DNA of 64,000 bases from an uncultured Clostridia bacterium (GTDB taxonomy: Bacteria > Bacillota_I > Bacilli_A > RF39 > UBA660), in assembly GCA_946409545.1 (NCBI GenBank), contig CAMJWT010000001.1, positions 71,483 through 135,482 on the forward strand. The letters run 5' to 3'. Of this stretch, positions 1 to 7,577 are shown in pieces. The notes beneath the pieces are model-generated. The model was not told the DNA's origin. It made no database searches and worked only from the letters and a program-made list of their open reading frames with translations. Within the stretch, counting starts at the first letter, position 1, and the number at the start of each line of letters is the position of its first letter. The translations under genes and the position numbers were made by a program.

Positions 1-2
1 CA

Positions 3-221
3 ATTAAAGTTTTATCAGAATTTGCTAAAAATCATCCAGCTGTAGAATTAAAGGTAGGTATCGTTGATAAGGAAGTAACTGATAAGAATAAGTTAGCTGC
101 CCTTGCAACTATTCCTTCAAGAGAAGGATTACTTACAATGCTTGCTGGTGGTATGATTGGTATCGCAAGAGATTTATCAATCTGCTTAGATTTATATGCT
201 AAACAAAAAGAAGAAAATTAA
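3..221 (+). CDS. rplJ: 50S ribosomal protein L10, C-terminal part (5' end lies outside the window)
   Basis: Open frame 3 from the window edge to TAA at 219-221. Sits immediately upstream of rplL in the conserved L10-L7/L12 arrangement. The translated tail '...LAALATIPSREGLLTMLAGGMIGIARDL...' is L10-like. Confidence 0.7.
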   Translation: MKVLSEFAKNHPAVELKVGIVDKEVTDKNKLAALATIPSREGLLTMLAGGMIGIARDLSICLDLYAKQKEEN

Positions 222-239
222 TTAGAGGAGGAATTTAAA

Positions 240-617
240 ATGGCAAAATTAACAAGAGATGAATTTATTAGTTCATTAAAAGAAATGAGTTTATTAGAAA
301 TTAAAGAATTAGTTGATGCAATGAAAGAAGAATTTGGTGTAGATCCAAGTGCTGTAGCTGTTGCTGCTCCAGTTGCTGGTGGTAGTGATGCTAGTGCTGA
401 TGCTGCTCCAAGTGCAGTTACTGTAACATTAGTTAACGCTGGTGCTGCAAAAGTTAACGTTATCAAGGTTATTAAAGAAATTACTGGATTAGGATTAAAA
501 GAAAGTAAAGATATCGCTGATAACGGTGGTGCTGTTAAAGAAAATATTCCAGTTGCTGAAGCTGAAGAAATTAAAGCTAAATTAGAAGAAGCTGGCGCTG
601 AAGTAGAAGTAAAATAA
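240..617 (+). CDS. rplL: 50S ribosomal protein L7/L12
   Basis: 125 aa. Has the Ala/Val-rich flexible hinge and the conserved C-terminal domain 'KVIKEITGLGLKESKD...'. GGAGG RBS lies 7 nt upstream. Confidence 0.95.
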   Translation: MAKLTRDEFISSLKEMSLLEIKELVDAMKEEFGVDPSAVAVAAPVAGGSDASADAAPSAVTVTLVNAGAAKVNVIKVIKEITGLGLKESKDIADNGGAVKENIPVAEAEEIKAKLEEAGAEVEVK

Positions 618-633
618 TTGATAATAAACTTTT

Positions 634-663
634 AGATATAGAGAAATCTATATCTTTTTTTTT
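634..663 (+). terminator. rho-independent terminator after rplL
   Basis: Hairpin agatatag-(agaaat)-ctatatct followed by a T8 run. Confidence 0.5.
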
Positions 664-695
664 AGACATTTGTTATAATTACAATAGGTGATAAT

Positions 696-1247
696 ATGGA
701 TAATAAAAGAATAACAGAAGCAGAATTACAAGCGATAGATCCTACGTTTGTAGAAAGTAGTTTTATATCAAAAGTTGATAATATTTTTATAATGTTACAT
801 TCTTCTGTAATGTTAGGAAATTTAGAAAGAATTAAACATAAATTAAGTGATGAATTAATTAAAAGATATCAAAATTTAATTGATAATTTTAATGCAAATA
901 ATATAAGACAAATGTATGATGAATTAAATGTTAAATCAACAATGATAACTGGTATGTATGAAACAGAGAACGAATATATTATTGAGGTATTGTTAGTATC
1001 TAGATATATGGATTATTTAGTTAGAAAAGACAATAATCAATTTATTAGTGGTAATAATTCATATCGTACGGAAAAGAATAATTATCTAACTTTCTCTAAA
1101 AAGAAAAATGCAAAAGTAGAAGGTATGACAAGAAAATGTCCTGGTTGTAATGCAAATATTGATTCTAATAGCTCTGGTAAATGTCCATATTGTGGTACTT
1201 TCTATGATACTGTTAATTATGATTGGATTTTAAAGGATATAAGATGA
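696..1247 (+). CDS. Hypothetical protein with a putative Tim44/NTF2-like domain and a C-terminal CxxC...CxxC zinc ribbon. Paralog of 3997..4440.
   Basis: 183 aa. Ends 'CPGCNANIDSNSSGKCPYCGTFYD'. Shares 'MLxSxVMLGNLxRxKxKxSDxxxxxYQ..IDxFNxNNxRQMY...NYLTF' with the 3997 ORF. Confidence 0.4.
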   Translation: MDNKRITEAELQAIDPTFVESSFISKVDNIFIMLHSSVMLGNLERIKHKLSDELIKRYQNLIDNFNANNIRQMYDELNVKSTMITGMYETENEYIIEVLLVSRYMDYLVRKDNNQFISGNNSYRTEKNNYLTFSKKKNAKVEGMTRKCPGCNANIDSNSSGKCPYCGTFYDTVNYDWILKDIR

Positions 1248-2065
1248 AAAAAGATAATAAGAAAAGAATATTACTATTATCATTAATCTTAGGCTTATTT
1301 TTATTGTTTATTAATGTAAGAGCTGATTCAGGATATGATGTAGACTGGGGTGGAGGTGGCTCCGGCGGAGGCGGAGACATCAGTGGAATCTTTGATTTAA
1401 TCCTATTACTATTTAGAAATCCTATATTATTTATTATTGTTGTAATAATAATTGTTATTTTAGTGATTTATATGAATAAAAAAGATAAGACTTTACATAA
1501 TACAACTTCTATGGGATTAACTTTATTCACACATCGTCAAATTCCTTATGAACAAGTTAGTGCAATTCTAGGAAATATTGATATGAATGCCTTTATTAAT
1601 GATCGATTCAATGATTTTGTAGCGATTCAAAATGGATGGATGAATTTTAATCATGATTTGTTAAGAACTAAACTTACAGATGAATTATATAATCAATATG
1701 CTATTCAATTAGATACAATGCAAATTAAGAATCAACAAAATGTTATGAGTGACTTTAACTTATTCCAAGGTATGATTACAGGAATTATTCAAGAAGGAAA
1801 TAAAGTAACTTTAACAATGGAAATAATAACAGGATTCTTTGATTATTTAACCGAAAATGGACAAGTCGTAAGAGGAAAAAATGATCGAAAAGTAGTTGTT
1901 CATTATGAATTAACATTTGTATGCAATTTAGGAAGTAATGGCTTATGTCCAAACTGTGGAGCTAAGTTACCTGAAACGAATGTATGTGACTTCTGTCATT
2001 CTGTTGTTCCTAATGTTGGTACAGATTGGGTTATGTCTAAAAAAGAGACTTTAAAACAAAAATAA
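1244..2065 (+). CDS. Membrane protein with N-terminal TM helix, Gly-rich linker, Tim44-like domain and C-terminal zinc ribbon
   Basis: Start chosen at the ATG overlapping the upstream stop (ATGA), with AAGGA 8 nt upstream. Hydrophobic N-terminus, 'DWGGGGSGGGGD' linker, second TM, then 'CPNCGAKLPETNVCDFCHS'. The Gly-rich linker plus TM arrangement recalls bacterial Tim44-like (COG4395) proteins. Confidence 0.4.
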   Translation: MKKDNKKRILLLSLILGLFLLFINVRADSGYDVDWGGGGSGGGGDISGIFDLILLLFRNPILFIIVVIIIVILVIYMNKKDKTLHNTTSMGLTLFTHRQIPYEQVSAILGNIDMNAFINDRFNDFVAIQNGWMNFNHDLLRTKLTDELYNQYAIQLDTMQIKNQQNVMSDFNLFQGMITGIIQEGNKVTLTMEIITGFFDYLTENGQVVRGKNDRKVVVHYELTFVCNLGSNGLCPNCGAKLPETNVCDFCHSVVPNVGTDWVMSKKETLKQK

Positions 2066-2091
2066 CATTTACAATTCAGTTTTCTTCTAGT

Positions 2092-2757
2092 ATGATATTT
2101 CATATGAAGAAGAGACTGTTTTTTTTATTTATTTTTATAATAATATTAGTGTTTTTCCTTAATGGAATTATTGTAGGAACATCAAAAAATAGAATAATAA
2201 CTATTAATGAATTAAAGGATATCAAAGATATTGATGCTATTTTAGTATTAGGATGTAAAGTTAATCCAGGTGGTAATCCTTCTATGATGTTAGATAGAAG
2301 ATTAGAGAAGGGTATTGAAGTATATAAGACGATTGGCACAAAACTATTATTATCTGGTGATCACGGCCAGAAAGAATATGACGAAGTTAATACTATGAAA
2401 GAATATGTATTAAGTACGGATATCAATATTGATGATGTTTTCTTAGACCATGCTGGTTTTTCAACTTATGATAGTTTATATCGCGCTAAATATGTATTTG
2501 GTGTTAAAAAGATGGTTATTGTCACCCAAAGATATCACTTATTTAGGGCTCTTTATATTGCTAAATCCTTAGGAATAGAAGCTTATGGTATACCAGCCGA
2601 TAATATTCCTTATAGGTTTATAAATATTAAAAATGAAATAAGAGAAGTATTAGCAAGAGATAAAGATTTTTTCAAAGTAATAATTAAGCCAAAAAGCAAA
2701 TATTTAGGCGATAAAATTGATATTAAAGGAAGTGGAAGACTAACTTTTGATAAGTAG
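2092..2757 (+). CDS. SanA/YdcF (DUF218) family membrane protein
   Basis: N-terminal TM helix. Has 'DAILVLGCKV...PSMMLDRRLEKGIEVYK...LLLSGDHG...EYDEVNTMKEY', which fits DUF218/SanA. Start could also be the ATG at 2104; there is no clear SD for either. Confidence 0.5.
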   Translation: MIFHMKKRLFFLFIFIIILVFFLNGIIVGTSKNRIITINELKDIKDIDAILVLGCKVNPGGNPSMMLDRRLEKGIEVYKTIGTKLLLSGDHGQKEYDEVNTMKEYVLSTDINIDDVFLDHAGFSTYDSLYRAKYVFGVKKMVIVTQRYHLFRALYIAKSLGIEAYGIPADNIPYRFINIKNEIREVLARDKDFFKVIIKPKSKYLGDKIDIKGSGRLTFDK

Positions 2758-2816
2758 TCTTTTTTTTTATTTTTTTTTATGTTATAATAATTTTGATTTA
2801 AGATAGGAGGAAAAAA

Positions 2817-3941
2817 ATGGGATTAATTAAATCAGCAATTCAATCTATCAGTGGTGAACTTAGTGACCAATGGAAAGATTATATTACATGTGATGACATG
2901 GATATGAATACTTTAATGATTAAGAAGACAACTAAATCAGGTATCATATCTAAGAGTAGTGCAATTATGGTTGCGCCTGGCCAAATTGCCGTAATTTTTG
3001 ATTCAGGTAAAATTTTGGATGCAACAGCAGAAGAAGGAACTTATACTTTTGATGCTTCAACATCTCCATCATTCTTTGCAGGACAATTTGGAGCTGTATT
3101 TAAAGATTTATGGGCTCGTTTCACTTATAATGGAACAGTACCAAAACAACAAGCAGTATTCTATATTAATGCTAAAGAAATTTTGGATAATAAGTTTGGA
3201 ACACCTGCACCAGTTCCATTCCAAGATTATTCACATCCAATTCCAAATGAAATGACAGGAACTATTACACCTCTTCGTGTACAAGTTAAATGTTTCGGTA
3301 AATATACATATAAAATTACTGATCCAGCTGTATTCATGAGAGAATATGCAGGAACAGGTGATGTAGTTACTAAAGATGTTCTAAATGAACAAATGAGAAG
3401 TGAAGTTATTGCTTCATTCCAAAACGTATTAAATGAACTAGGAACAGAAGCTCATAAAGTTCCAGTTCTAGAACTTCCAAGTAGAACTGATGAAATCAAG
3501 ACTACAATGGATGAAAAAGTTTATGATGAACCAATTCGTAAACGTGGAATTCAAATTACAGGATTCGCTATTGAATCAGTAACATTAGATGATGAATCTA
3601 ATAAGAAGATTGATGAATACGAACACAATTCTAACGCTAGAATGCAACAAGGTCGTGTTCTTAACGTTATGGAAACTGCAGCAGGTAATGCTAATGGCGC
3701 AGGAGCAGGCTTTATGGGTCTAGGTATGATGAATATGGCTACTGGTGGAATGAACACTGCAGTTATGCAAAATGCTTTCACTCCACAACAACCAGCTGCT
3801 CAACCAGCAGCACCAGCTCCAGCAGCAGCACCAGGTGAAGCACCTGCAGCTCAAGGAGAAGTTGCTTTCTGTCCAAATTGTGGAACAAAATCAAGTGGCG
3901 GAAACTTCTGTACTAATTGCGGAACAAAATTACATGGTTAA
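2817..3941 (+). CDS. SPFH-like (COG4260/YdjI-type) protein with a C-terminal double zinc ribbon
   Basis: 374 aa. N-terminus 'MGLIKSAIQSISGELSDQWKDY', Ala/Pro/Gly-rich linker, then 'FCPNCGTKSSGGNFCTNCGTKLHG'. AGGAGG RBS. This architecture matches the family annotated as 'putative virion core protein'/YdjI, which is PspA-associated in B. subtilis. Confidence 0.5.
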   Translation: MGLIKSAIQSISGELSDQWKDYITCDDMDMNTLMIKKTTKSGIISKSSAIMVAPGQIAVIFDSGKILDATAEEGTYTFDASTSPSFFAGQFGAVFKDLWARFTYNGTVPKQQAVFYINAKEILDNKFGTPAPVPFQDYSHPIPNEMTGTITPLRVQVKCFGKYTYKITDPAVFMREYAGTGDVVTKDVLNEQMRSEVIASFQNVLNELGTEAHKVPVLELPSRTDEIKTTMDEKVYDEPIRKRGIQITGFAIESVTLDDESNKKIDEYEHNSNARMQQGRVLNVMETAAGNANGAGAGFMGLGMMNMATGGMNTAVMQNAFTPQQPAAQPAAPAPAAAPGEAPAAQGEVAFCPNCGTKSSGGNFCTNCGTKLHG

Positions 3942-3946
3942 TTAAT

Positions 3947-3972
3947 ATAGAAAGAGGTTTTCCTCTTTCTAT
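3947..3972 (+). terminator. rho-independent terminator
   Basis: Perfect 11-bp stem atagaaagagg/cctctttctat with a tttt loop. Confidence 0.5.
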
Positions 3973-3996
3973 ATCATTCTTTTAACGGGAGGATGT

Positions 3997-4440
3997 ATGA
4001 GCGTAGATGATTTAGTTAAAAAAGACTCTTCTTTTGGAATATCTAATTTTATTTCTGCAGCTAATAGCATGTATGTAATGTTACAATCTGCAGTCATGCT
4101 TGGCAACCTTTCACGCGTTAAAAGTAAAATTAGTGATAAAGTTTTACAAAAATATCAACATATTATTGACGAATTCAATAATAATAATCTTCGTCAAATG
4201 TATGAAGATATTAATATAAAAAAAACAGAAGTATTATCAATAACAAATAAAGATAATGATTATTACATTCAAGTATTAATCACTAGCTTAGCAAAAGATT
4301 ATGTTGTTGATAAAAAGAATTTAGAATATCGATATGGTGTTAATAATCAAAAGATTACGAAAAGTAATTATTTAACTTTTAGAAAAGATTATAATGATAT
4401 TAATAATCCATGGATTCTAGATGATATTTATACTAATTAA
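3997..4440 (+). CDS. Hypothetical protein, paralog of 696..1247 that lacks the zinc ribbon
   Basis: 147 aa. Contains 'MLQSAVMLGNLSRVKSKISDKVLQKYQHIIDEFNNNNLRQMYEDIN...NYLTFRK'. GGGAGG RBS. Confidence 0.4.
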   Translation: MSVDDLVKKDSSFGISNFISAANSMYVMLQSAVMLGNLSRVKSKISDKVLQKYQHIIDEFNNNNLRQMYEDINIKKTEVLSITNKDNDYYIQVLITSLAKDYVVDKKNLEYRYGVNNQKITKSNYLTFRKDYNDINNPWILDDIYTN

Positions 4441-4446
4441 AGAAAA

Positions 4447-4477
4447 TTATAAACATTTTTGTTTATAATTTTTTTTT
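4447..4477 (+). terminator. rho-independent terminator
   Basis: Stem ttataaaca/tgtttataa followed by a T9 run. Confidence 0.45.
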
Positions 4478-4520
4478 ATAAAAATATATGTTATAATATC
4501 TTGGATTTGTGGGTGATATT

Positions 4521-7328
4521 ATGGATAAAATAATCATTAAAGGAGCAAGAGAAAATAATTTAAAGAATATTAATCTTGAACTTCCTAAAAATAAATTAAT
4601 TGTAATGACAGGTCTATCTGGTAGTGGAAAGAGTAGTTTAGCTTTTGATACTATTTATGCTGAAGGCGAAAGACGTTATGTTGAAAGTCTTTCTAGTTAT
4701 GCTAGACAATTCTTAGGTGGAACTGAGAAACCTGATGTTGATAGTATTGAAGGGTTATCTCCAAGTATTAGTATTGATCAAAAAAGTACAAATAATAATC
4801 CAAGAAGTACTGTAGGTACAGTTACTGAAATATATGATTATTTAAGACTTTTATTTGCAAGAATTGGTGTTCCATATTGTCCTCGTCATAATAGACCTAT
4901 AACAAGTCAATCTGTTGAAGAAATTGTTAATAAAATATTAGAGTATCCAGAAGGAACTAAATTAGTTATTCTTTCACCAATTGTATATGATGAAAAAGGT
5001 ACTCATAAAGATTTATTTGATGATCTTCGTAAAGAAGGATTCATCAGGGTTAGAGTTAATGGTGAAATGTATGATTTATCAGAAGACATTAACTTAGAAA
5101 AGAATCTAAAAGATAAGATTGATATTGTTATTGATCGTATTGTTATTAAAGAGAATATTAGGACAAGATTATTTGAATCAATTGAACTAGCTACTAATAA
5201 ATCAAATGGTAAAGTAGTAGTTGATATTGTAGGTGATAAAGAAGTATTATTTTCTACTAAATATGCGTGTCCAGAATGTGATTATTCACTACCTGAACTT
5301 GAACCTCGTATCTTTAGTTTTAATAGTCCATATGGGGCTTGTCCAGAATGTAAAGGTTTAGGAACTAAATTAAAAATGGATCCTGATCTTGTTATTCCAA
5401 ATAAGGATAAAAGTTTAAATGAGAATTGTATTCAAACATTATCAGACGATAAAGAAAGTATTGATTATAAAAAGTTAGAGATTGTTTGTAAGCATTATCG
5501 TATTGATATGAATAAACCATTTAAGAAGTTATCCAAAGATAAACAAGATATTATTTTATATGGTTCTAATGAATTAATTGATTTTAAGATTACAACTAAA
5601 AGTGGTAATGTTAATAAAAGTACGACTTTCTATGAAGGTGTTATTAACAATCTAGAACGTCGTTATATGGAAACATCTTCTGAATGGATTCGTGATTGGT
5701 TATCTAACTATATGATTGAACTTGAGTGTCCCGTATGTCATGGAGCAAGACTTTCAGATGCGATTCTTAATATTTTCATTAATAAGAAAAATATTTATGA
5801 TATTACGTTAATGTCTATTTCAGAATTACTTGATTGGTTTAAAAATATAAAATTATCAGATTATCAAAAAGATATCGCTGGTTTATTAATTCAAGAGATT
5901 GTTAATCGATTAACTTTTTTAAATAATGTTGGATTATCTTATTTAACATTATCAAGACAAGCAGGTACTTTATCTGGTGGTGAAAGTCAAAGAATTAGAT
6001 TAGCTACCCAAATTGGATCAAGATTAACTGGTGTACTTTATGTACTTGATGAACCAAGTATTGGTCTTCATCAAAAAGATAATCAAAAATTAATTAATTC
6101 TCTTCTTGAGATGCGTGATTTAGGTAATACTTTAATTGTTGTTGAACATGATAGTGATACAATGCTTGCTAGTGATTACTTAGTAGATATAGGACCAGGT
6201 GCTGGTGATGATGGTGGTTACGTTGTAGCTTGTGGAACACCTTCTGAAGTTATGGCAAACCCTAATAGTATTACCGGACAGTATTTATCTGGTAAATTAA
6301 TGATTGATGTTCCTAAGAAACGTAGAAAAGGTAATGGTAAATATTTAGAAGTTTTTGGTGCTAAAGCAAATAACCTAAAAAATATTGATGTTAAATTTCC
6401 TCTTGGTAAATTTGTTTGTGTTACCGGTGTATCAGGAAGTGGTAAGAGTAGTTTAGTTAATGAAATACTTATGAAAGAAATTAGTAGTAAGTTATATAAA
6501 TCTAAAGAGAAACCGCTTGCTTTTGATAAGATTAAAGGTATTGATAATATTGATAAATTAGTCTTTATTAGTCAAAATCCTATTGGTAGAACTCCACGTA
6601 GTAATCCAGCTACCTACACTGGTGTATTTGATGATATTCGTGACTTATATGCAAGTACAAAAGAAGCGAAAGCTTTAGGCTATGGAAAGAATAGATTCTC
6701 TTTCAATGTTAAAGGTGGACGTTGTGAAGCTTGTTGGGGAGATGGTGTTAAAAGAATTGAAATGCACTTTTTGCCAGATGTTTATGTACCTTGTGAAGTA
6801 TGTCATGGAACAAGATATAATAGTGAAACACTAAGTATTAAGTATAAAGATAAAAATATTGCGGATGTTCTTGATATGAGAGTTACTGAAGCTTTGAAAT
6901 TTTTTGAAAATATACCTAAGATTAAACATAAGTTACAAACAATGGAAGACGTTGGTTTAGGTTATGTTAAACTTGGTCAATCAGCAACAACTCTATCTGG
7001 TGGTGAAGCTGGCCGTGTAAAATTATCTAAAGAACTTCAAAAAAAGCCAACAGGTAAGAGTTTATTCATTCTTGATGAACCAACAACAGGACTTCATACT
7101 GATGATATTAAGAGATTACTTGTTATCTTACAAAGAATCGTTGATAATGGGGATACGGTTATTGTTATTGAACATAACCTAGATGTTATTAAAGTATCAG
7201 ATTATATTATCGACTTAGGTCCTGATGGTGGTAATATGGGAGGAACTGTTGTAGCTTGTGGTACTCCTGAAGAAATTGCTAAAGTTAAAAATAGTTATAC
7301 AGGCGAATTTTTGTCTAAAATGTTGTAA
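4521..7328 (+). CDS. uvrA: Excinuclease ABC subunit A
   Basis: Two ABC ATPase modules ('GLSGSGKSS', 'GVSGSGKSS', 'LSGGE...') and zinc-finger Cys pairs. I prefer the ATG at 4521 over the upstream GTG at 4509. Confidence 0.95.
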   Translation: MDKIIIKGARENNLKNINLELPKNKLIVMTGLSGSGKSSLAFDTIYAEGERRYVESLSSYARQFLGGTEKPDVDSIEGLSPSISIDQKSTNNNPRSTVGTVTEIYDYLRLLFARIGVPYCPRHNRPITSQSVEEIVNKILEYPEGTKLVILSPIVYDEKGTHKDLFDDLRKEGFIRVRVNGEMYDLSEDINLEKNLKDKIDIVIDRIVIKENIRTRLFESIELATNKSNGKVVVDIVGDKEVLFSTKYACPECDYSLPELEPRIFSFNSPYGACPECKGLGTKLKMDPDLVIPNKDKSLNENCIQTLSDDKESIDYKKLEIVCKHYRIDMNKPFKKLSKDKQDIILYGSNELIDFKITTKSGNVNKSTTFYEGVINNLERRYMETSSEWIRDWLSNYMIELECPVCHGARLSDAILNIFINKKNIYDITLMSISELLDWFKNIKLSDYQKDIAGLLIQEIVNRLTFLNNVGLSYLTLSRQAGTLSGGESQRIRLATQIGSRLTGVLYVLDEPSIGLHQKDNQKLINSLLEMRDLGNTLIVVEHDSDTMLASDYLVDIGPGAGDDGGYVVACGTPSEVMANPNSITGQYLSGKLMIDVPKKRRKGNGKYLEVFGAKANNLKNIDVKFPLGKFVCVTGVSGSGKSSLVNEILMKEISSKLYKSKEKPLAFDKIKGIDNIDKLVFISQNPIGRTPRSNPATYTGVFDDIRDLYASTKEAKALGYGKNRFSFNVKGGRCEACWGDGVKRIEMHFLPDVYVPCEVCHGTRYNSETLSIKYKDKNIADVLDMRVTEALKFFENIPKIKHKLQTMEDVGLGYVKLGQSATTLSGGEAGRVKLSKELQKKPTGKSLFILDEPTTGLHTDDIKRLLVILQRIVDNGDTVIVIEHNLDVIKVSDYIIDLGPDGGNMGGTVVACGTPEEIAKVKNSYTGEFLSKML

Positions 7329-7353
7329 AGTTCTCATTTGAGAACTTTTTTTG
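7329..7353 (+). terminator. rho-independent terminator after uvrA
   Basis: agttct-(catttg)-agaact followed by T7. Confidence 0.5.
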
Positions 7354-7403
7354 TTTATTCTCTTTTATTCAATGTGATATTCTTATATTGTAGGAGAATA
7401 GAA

Positions 7404-7577
7404 ATGGATGAAAAGATTAATGAAGCTTCAGGAGAAATAAAAAAATATTTTGATAATTTACCTTTGATAGATGAAAAGGATATTAAAGACTTTAATTTTT
7501 TTGAGTCATGTTTGTATCTTGAAAAATTAAATTTATTAGATAGTTTAACAAGTAGAGAAGGTGAAGATAATGAGTGA
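7404..7577 (+). CDS. Small hypothetical protein (57 aa)
   Basis: AGGAGA RBS lies 6 nt upstream of the ATG. TGA stop overlaps the start of the next ORF. Confidence 0.3.
   Translation: MDEKINEASGEIKKYFDNLPLIDEKDIKDFNFFESCLYLEKLNLLDSLTSREGEDNE

Noticed and set aside
218-466. 82-aa minus-strand ORF antisense to rplL. The track's other minus-strand ORFs (2100..2339, 3551..3781, 8238..8663, 18878..19114, 19512..19901, 48343..48630) were handled the same way.
   Set aside because: Each lies entirely inside a strongly supported gene on the opposite strand. They have low-complexity translations and no RBS. They are typical antisense ORFs of AT-rich DNA.
2998-3255. 85-aa + strand ORF in an alternative frame inside the SPFH/zinc-ribbon gene. 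The same applies to 49980..50195 inside rpoC and 62546..62731 inside the adhesin.
   Set aside because: These are out-of-frame overlaps with well-supported longer CDSs and have no independent start signals.
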